Assembly (NCBI GenBank): GCA_012295275.1
Contig: CM022677.1
Coordinates: 1,798,001-1,862,000, forward strand
Source: Chrysomallon squamiferum
Taxonomy: Eukaryota > Animalia > Mollusca
Length of the DNA: 64,000 bases
Reading direction: 5' to 3'
The stretch's first letter is position 1; every line of letters starts with the position of its first letter. The position numbers and the translations under genes are program-made. The notes beneath the pieces were generated by a model. The model ran no database searches. It was not told the DNA's origin and saw only the letters and a list, made by a program, of their open reading frames with translations. Shown one piece after another: positions 57,563-64,000 of this stretch.

Positions 57563-58408
57563 TTGAAATTCATGCGCAATAATATAGTCGCGCAGTAGCA
57601 TTGATTACACGGGCATCGGGAGCAGCAGCAAATTTGAGAGGAATCTGATTGCGACCCGTCGAAGGGTGAACTTTGTAAATATGACAGTCGCAGCTTCGGA
57701 TTACATCCATTTTGTTTAGGGACAAGACACGTGAACTGCGTATCAATGTACGCATGTATGTAGCGCAACGATGTTACTACAGTTACTATTACAATACCAC
57801 TACTACTGCTAGTAATAATTGCTGACATCATGGAAAAAAGCAACAACGGGAACAGTAACATTAACAGTAAAAAATATAACAACGATATAAAACAGTAACC
57901 ATCACAGAAGCAACATTATGATTAACCGTAACGACAATAACAACGATGGAAGCAGTGATATTAACAAGATGGTAAAAATATCAGTTACTTAAATGGGAAC
58001 TACAACAACATTAATAAAACTCCGATGATACGACACCAGCGTTGATAATCATAGACTTTTATGAAGAAAACACTAACAACAACGATATCACAACGTCTGA
58101 AATGATACCAGTACAGGAATAACAGCAATAAATTTAAAACAATAGCTAGAACTACAACATAATATCAAAATAAAGTCAACGACGGCGACATCAATACAAA
58201 TGATGATTACAATAATGATAAAAATAATAATTATGATGATGATGATGATAATGTCAATATGGAAAGTCAAAACATTAAAGTTAATTATAATAATATTAAC
58301 AATACATGAATAACAGTTTCCGTAAAAAGCGAAAAATTACAATGAGACAACAATAACTAGAAGATAACAACGACAGCGAAATCAAACTAAATAATAATAA
58401 TAATAATT

Positions 58409-58440
<32 letters not shown>

Positions 58441-59580
58441 AACAATAATAATGACAACAGTCAAACGACCATTCGGCACAATAACATCATTAACATTCAT
58501 TATGTACTTTTTCAAGTTTTATATGAAGTGTTTCTCCAGATAAATAATTAAATCTAATGCTAGACTTGATCATGTCAGTTTGTAATTAATATTACGTTAT
58601 AACACAAAAAAAGGTATTTCAGTTTTCTTTTTTCCTTTATCAGTTATATTTTTGGATGAATATTTATTTTATTAATTTATTGCATGGGCATTAACAATTA
58701 AATTGATTTAGTAGTAATTAATTCATGAGGCAAGTAACCCGGTTCAAGTCTAGTTAAAGTTTTTATTTTGATGATCTGAGGCTGAAAGTGAAAGGCAGAC
58801 GAGACTAACTTGAGTGCAGCAATTACAATCTACTTTACTTTTTTTAAATTATTATAATTATTATTATTATTCAAGTAAGTTTAAAATGAAATATAAGAAA
58901 TGAATCTAAGGATATCCATTGTCTAGTTCTTTTTTTTTAATTGTATTTAATTTTAATTTTTTTTAAATTTTAATATAACTTTTGTAATAAAAGTGTTTTT
59001 GTGTATAATAATAATTATTTTGTTTTTAACGATTCGACTGTTTTAAGTTTCATTACGTTTACTTATATCAGAGTCAGTTCTCCTACAAATAGATCATTAT
59101 ATCGTGAGGTGTTGTTTTTCAAATTGACTTGAAAATATATTGTCTGATAAATAAATTATAGTTATCTTTCTGGTTTTTGGAACTTGTGTATGAAGAATTT
59201 AATAATTATACTGCGTCATATACTTGTATCATTTTCTAAACAGTACATTTAAACCTCGCTGAGAAATCGAGTCCTTATTAGGGTGTAGCCAAGGGCCCTA
59301 CTGCGGTTTACCGTCATAATTGTATTATTTTATACTGTATTTTATGTGATGAAATGAAAACAATAAAAAAAAAAAAAATAAAAATGAATAAAGAAAGGAA
59401 GAAACAAACAAACAAATACTATTAAATAAATAAAAAGTAATAAGTGAAATATAAATAAATAATTTAAAGAAAATAAACATAAAAATAACTAAATTAAAAA
59501 TTTAACTAATAACACGTGATGAGTATAAGTAGTAATATTTGAACAATGCTTTTTAGTTTTCTTTCTTTGTTTTTTCATGT

Positions 59581-59647
<67 letters not shown>

Positions 59648-60533
59648 ACATACTTATATATATATGTACATATAAATACATATATATATGTACAAAAAAT
59701 AATCATCGTGGTGTTTCTCATTTCTATGCTTAGGTCGCTTTGACCCATAACATGTACGAATAAAAGAGGGTCCCCTATTTTACGATTCACAATTACTTTG
59801 CATTTTTCACGATCCTAGGTATAACGTTTCTTCTCTCCAGTATTATTAACACGCTATTTTTATCTGACCTAAAAAACAGACAATTGTTAGCGATCAGTTT
59901 TTCATGAATATAACATGGGAAATAAAGATAGATAATTTACAGGCAAAATAAATAATATTATATAGTTAACAGGTTTGAAAGGCAAGTTGCATTATACGGG
60001 ACACATTGTATGTAATAAAGGTGGCGTGACATCTGATTTCATTCACGTGTTTATGAGCAGACGACATTGTAAACAGCGATACACAGAAGATATTTCAGTG
60101 ACCTGTCAAACACGACGTTGTCAGTTCCAGGAAAACACTCACCAAGCAAGGACGTACTTTCTTAGGCAGACGGACATTTTGAAATTTGAAGGTATTTTGT
60201 ATTTTAAAGCAATTTAATATATGCTGTACTATTAGTACCTTTACTTAAATCAGACCAGACATATTGAATTAGTAATCTATTTTGTCAAAGCTATACATAT
60301 TTTGTGTGAATTTTCTTAAACGATGAATTTTTTTATATTTTTTTTAAAGATAACACTGGTTTATGAGAAATATCGAAGAATATTTAATAACAACAACAAC
60401 AGTAATAAAATAAAAAAATACTAAGAAGAAATATAAATAATAATGGTGTCGTCATTACAATAATAATTATTATTCTATTAGTAGTAGCAGTAGCAGTTGC
60501 AGTAGCAGTAGTTGTAATACTATCACCTAAATA

Positions 60534-60833
60534 CAGTTACCGGACCAATTATCGGGACTACTTGGGGCCTGAGGCATTCCGAATTTCTGGATCTTCCGGT
60601 GTTCTCGTGCCAAGGGATCTAAATTCGTAAATACTTAGGCATAAACATTTTATAATTAAAAAAAAAAAACATAAAGAAAATTGACGAAACACAACTGTGG
60701 CGACTCGACACGTAAACAAGGCGGCGAGTGAATGAACAACACGCGGCTTGAAAGAGTAGTTCCGGTCTGGTGAGGACAAAACCCGCGCGCGCAAAGTATG
60801 AAAATTACGTCGGGATAACTGGTCCGGTATCTG
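60534..60833. mobile_element. Tc1/mariner(pogo)-type MITE
   Basis: TA|cagttaccggaccaattatcgggac ... gtcgggataactggtccggtatctg|TA: ~25-bp imperfect TIR with TA TSD. Absent at the paralogous sites (~37020, ~33075, ~40400). Confidence 0.88.
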
Positions 60834-60924
60834 TAGAGGTCAGTGTATCATTTATAGTTTATGCTATATCTGATTACTTCGTTTTACTTTATATCATTTT
60901 GTTTATTTATTTATTTATTTATAG

Positions 60925-61005
60925 ATCCCTGATCTCTGTGATAAATAGTAGAGTTAAAAAGAAATTACTCCTTTCTAAGAAATTATCGATCAGAAATTTG
61001 TTCAG
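60925..61005 (+). other. Putative 5' leader exon of BTB copy 2 (81 nt); paralogs 36808-36891 -, 40240-40323 -, 33166-33249 + (84 nt each)
   Basis: ttatag|ATCCCTGATCT...AGAAATTATCGATCAG...TTCAG|gtaagt. Splice dinucleotides and the interior are conserved in four copies amid diverged microsatellite flanks. Confidence 0.7.
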
Positions 61006-61758
61006 GTAAGTATCTGTTTTGAAACTACAATGTATTTTATATTGTGATAATTTAATTTAATTTAATGTAATTTAATTTATTATTGTTATTGATATACTGC
61101 TATTGATATACATATAATAAACAGTATTACAGCGTGAGGCTTTTCAAAGATATGGTACGTGCCAGTAGAAGATGTGATAATATTATCTCATATAATAGTA
61201 TTATTTTCTATTTACGAGTTTGTTAGTTTGTTCTATTTATTGGAAATAATTGGGTTGTCTATATCTTCTTCCTTGAAATAATGACAAATGTAAATATTTT
61301 CATATTTTCAAGCGTTTATTTCTACACTAATGGGCAGAGAGTTTGTTAACAATGAATTTGTCAGATCGTTGTAAATAACACCCGAGTATACCTTTGTGTT
61401 TCTCATATAGCAGTGACATATGACTTACATTACAAACAAACGTCACGTGTTAGTTTAACTTGATATACTGGTCATGCAAGCATCGTCAGAGAAATAAAAT
61501 ATGTACACGTATATTTAGTGCACTGTAAAATGTATTTCTTCTTCTTATTGTTGTTGTTGCTCTTGTTTCTATTATTATTATTATTATTATACAGATTTTA
61601 TAACTTACCTATAAACAATGCAATCTAACAGTACTTAATCTAATCAATTGTTGTAATCAATTTTAAAAACGATTTATGTAAGATGAGTATACATATATCT
61701 CGTAGCACGATTTCTTTATTTTATTCTGACATTGAAACCTAACAACGTGACACTTGAT

Positions 61759-61980
61759 CTGTGTCGTGTGGAGGTCTGGTGAAGCCCGGGGCCAACTCCT
61801 TGATTGTAATTCCCAAAGACTCAAGTACAAGGCCTAGCACTGAGGAATAGTATGAGAAAGGAAGATATTTTGAATATGTAAACACAGATGAAACATAAAA
61901 TAAACACTTTATTCGATTTAAATATAAATCTGGATGCCCGGTGCCAGAGCCCCTTCGGCCGTCACCTCTGCACGCCACTG
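61759..61980. mobile_element. hAT-type MITE
   Basis: 8-bp TSD cacttgat (61751-61758, 61981-61988). TIR ctgtgtcgtgtggagg / cctctgcacgccactg (12/16). Empty site at the paralogous position ~35776-35783. Confidence 0.9.
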
Positions 61981-62092
61981 CACTTGATGACGTGTAAAAT
62001 ATCTGACGTCACTCGCGTGTTTATCAGTGGAGGATTTTAAGAACCAAAAGTACACAAAGCAAAAATAAAACAAGTCGGCCATATTGAAAGTC
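61981..62092 (+). promoter_or_regulatory. Putative proximal promoter of BTB copy 2 (half-CRE, CRE TGACGTCA, Inr-like TCAGT, downstream GCCAT/YY1-like)
   Basis: Motif cluster conserved in mirror image at 35675-35785 while the flanks have diverged. Confidence 0.6.
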
Positions 62093-62303
62093 TATGATAT
62101 TTTTATTTTATTATGTTTTAACTATTCCAGTGTTCTTAATTTATTACTAGTAGTAGTAGTAGTAATATCTTTAATACTAGTACTACTATTTCTGTTACTA
62201 CCCTAGTAGAGCCATTATTTCTTATTGATATATTTTGCTATTTATTGCTTACTTTATTTCATTTCGTTTTATTTTATTTTAATTTGTATTCATTTATTCT
62301 TAG

Positions 62304-62394
62304 ATCGGTGATAGCGGTGATCTACAGCAGTTGACTCGATAGAGAGAAAATAGTCGCTTAAATAAATTCTCCATCAGCAAGTTTAAATTAGAAG
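62304..62394 (+). other. Second putative 5' UTR exon of BTB copy 2 (paralog 35228-35312 -)
   Basis: ttcttag|ATCGGTGA...AAG|gtattt in both genes; stops in the frame matching the CDS. Confidence 0.6.
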
Positions 62395-63085
62395 GTATTT
62401 TAAATTGTTTTCTATTTCAAAAATATCGCATCCTGGTTTGTTTCTTTATTATTTTTTTCTTTCTTTATTAATATTTCTTGTTCTTTAGTGTTTCTTTTTA
62501 GATCTGTCACTGACGGATAATTTTGCTGACTTTTCGAGAAGTAAATTGTTATAAATGACCACAAGTACATTGCGATATGAAAATCGTTTCTCCCACAGTG
62601 AAATATTTCTTACCTGACTGACCACTCACCTCTGTTTATAATAATAATGATAATAATAATAATTATTTGTGTCTTCGTCATCATCATAGTAATCATTACC
62701 ATAACCACAAGGTATTTCTTTTTTATCCTTTATCTATCCGATGTTTTTCTTTCTTTCCTTATCTTTTATTTATTTATTTATTTTTAGATCTCTGATCTCA
62801 GTGTTCATTTATTTTTAGTATATAAAAAGTGTTTGTTTAAACAGAAATGTCCATGTCGGTTTAAAAAAATTATTTTGACGTTATTCTTCTTTCTTCTTCT
62901 TCTTATTATTATTAAGTTATTGATGTTATATTTTAATCTGATTGATATTTATTTGATTCTTTTTTATTACTTTACTTTTTATTTAGTTTTTGGCCTTGAA
63001 TTATTACAGTTCCATGTGTGATGAGTTTGTTTTTCCATTGTTGTCCCTACTCCATAATAATAATAATAATAATAATAATAATTAG

Positions 63086-63133
<48 letters not shown>

Positions 63134-63153
63134 CCTCTGTTTCTAGTGAAAAC

Positions 63154-63410
63154 ATGGCCACCTCAACTGCAGTCTCAGGTTGGCAGACAGGGAAGAATCT
63201 GAAAGAATGCCTTGAACACGTTTTTCTTACAAGAACTCACACGGACGTCAGATTTTTAGTTGGGGAACATAAAACTGCTGTGGATGCTCATCAGTTAATT
63301 CTGATCATTCGAAGCGAAGTTTTCAGTCAGATGTTGACTGGAGAACTTCGCGAAAAATCAGATATTGTGATACCGGATGTGAAGGCAGACATTTTCGCAG
63401 AGTTTTTAAA
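63154..63410 (+). CDS. BTB/POZ-BACK protein copy 2 (BTBD3/BTBD6-like), first coding exon
   Basis: Translation MATSTAVSGWQTGKNLKECLEHVFLTRTHTDVRFLVGEHKTAVDAHQLILIIRSEVFSQMLTGELREKSDIVIPDVKADIFAEFLK. Acceptor ttctag|tgaaaac (exon from 63147) and donor AA|gtatgt at 63411. Confidence 0.93.
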
Positions 63411-63417
63411 GTATGTT

Positions 63418-63485
<68 letters not shown>

Positions 63486-63646
63486 CATGGAAACACACGT
63501 ACGAACACAGTGAGGAAGAGAGACATACAGACAGACAGAACGTTGATAACAATACATTTTTTGTTAGTAATCTAATTATTTTCTAAATAATTAATCTCAC
63601 ATAGTTATCTCACATTTTAAAGTCTTACTCTACTTCTTTCACACAG

Positions 63647-64000
63647 ATATCTTTACACGGATGACGTCGTCCTAACAGGCGACAACGTCACCGATCTGCT
63701 GTATCTATCGAGGAAGTACATCGTCACGACACTGGAAGAACAGTGCGTCAACTATTTGGAGTCGTCGTTGTCGTCACGGAATGCGTGCGTCGTGCTGGAA
63801 CAAGCTCACCTGTTTGATGAACATGATCTAAGGAAAAAAACTCTGGACTTCATTTTGGAAAATGGCGACGAAGTTCTGAAGTCAGATGAAGTCACCGATC
63901 TTTGTCACGAATGTCTGGTTGAGATCGTACGATCAGACGAACTGACAGCAGACGAGAAAAATGTTTTTGAAGCCGCTGTGAAGTGGGCTGACAGCGCGTG
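63647..64000 (+). CDS. BTB/POZ-BACK protein copy 2, second coding exon (runs off window end)
   Basis: Acceptor ttcacacag|ATAT follows a 236-bp intron (63411-63646). Open frame YLYTDDVVLTGDNVTDLLYLSRKYIVTTLEEQCVNYLESS...FEAAVKWADSA. Confidence 0.93.

Larger units (their letters stand above)
39968..58389 (-). repeat. Segmental duplication, right arm (c-b-a reverse complement, ~18.4 kb)
   Basis: Continuous reverse complement of the left blocks, lacking segment X (19913-24056) and with only one b copy. Confidence 0.95.
59795..63150 (+). repeat. Diverged inverted paralog of the BTB copy 1 upstream region (~34550-37760)
   Basis: Conserved blocks in mirrored order (tatctgacct, tttcagtgacc, gaaatttgaaggt, tagatccctgatc, cacccgagtata, ctcgtagcacgattt, gtcggccatattgaa, gtacattgcgat). 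Confidence 0.85.

Overview
AT-rich, microsatellite-dense eukaryotic (animal, probably molluscan/gastropod by repeat content; inference) genomic DNA with a 200-N scaffold gap at 33529-33728. Almost all ORF-track entries are microsatellite or tandem-repeat artefacts. The only intact protein-coding genes are two divergently oriented BTB/POZ-BACK (BTBD3/BTBD6-like, Cullin-3 adaptor-type) paralogs. Copy 1 is on the minus strand (ATG 34548) and is cut by the gap; copy 2 is on the plus strand (ATG 63154) and runs off the window. Their first coding exons are only ~66% identical in protein, while their second exons are ~99% identical. Each gene is preceded by a stack of homologous promoter plus short 5' exon modules. 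Most of the rest is a very large inverted duplication: left a-b-X-b'-c (6741-33528) versus right c-b-a reversed (39968-58389). It carries a decayed MULE transposase, an L1/Tx1 RT fragment, hAT MITEs, tRNA-Arg-like SINEs, a CRE-laden 66/68-bp VNTR and a 96-bp VNTR. All alignments and counts were made by eye; no database search was possible.
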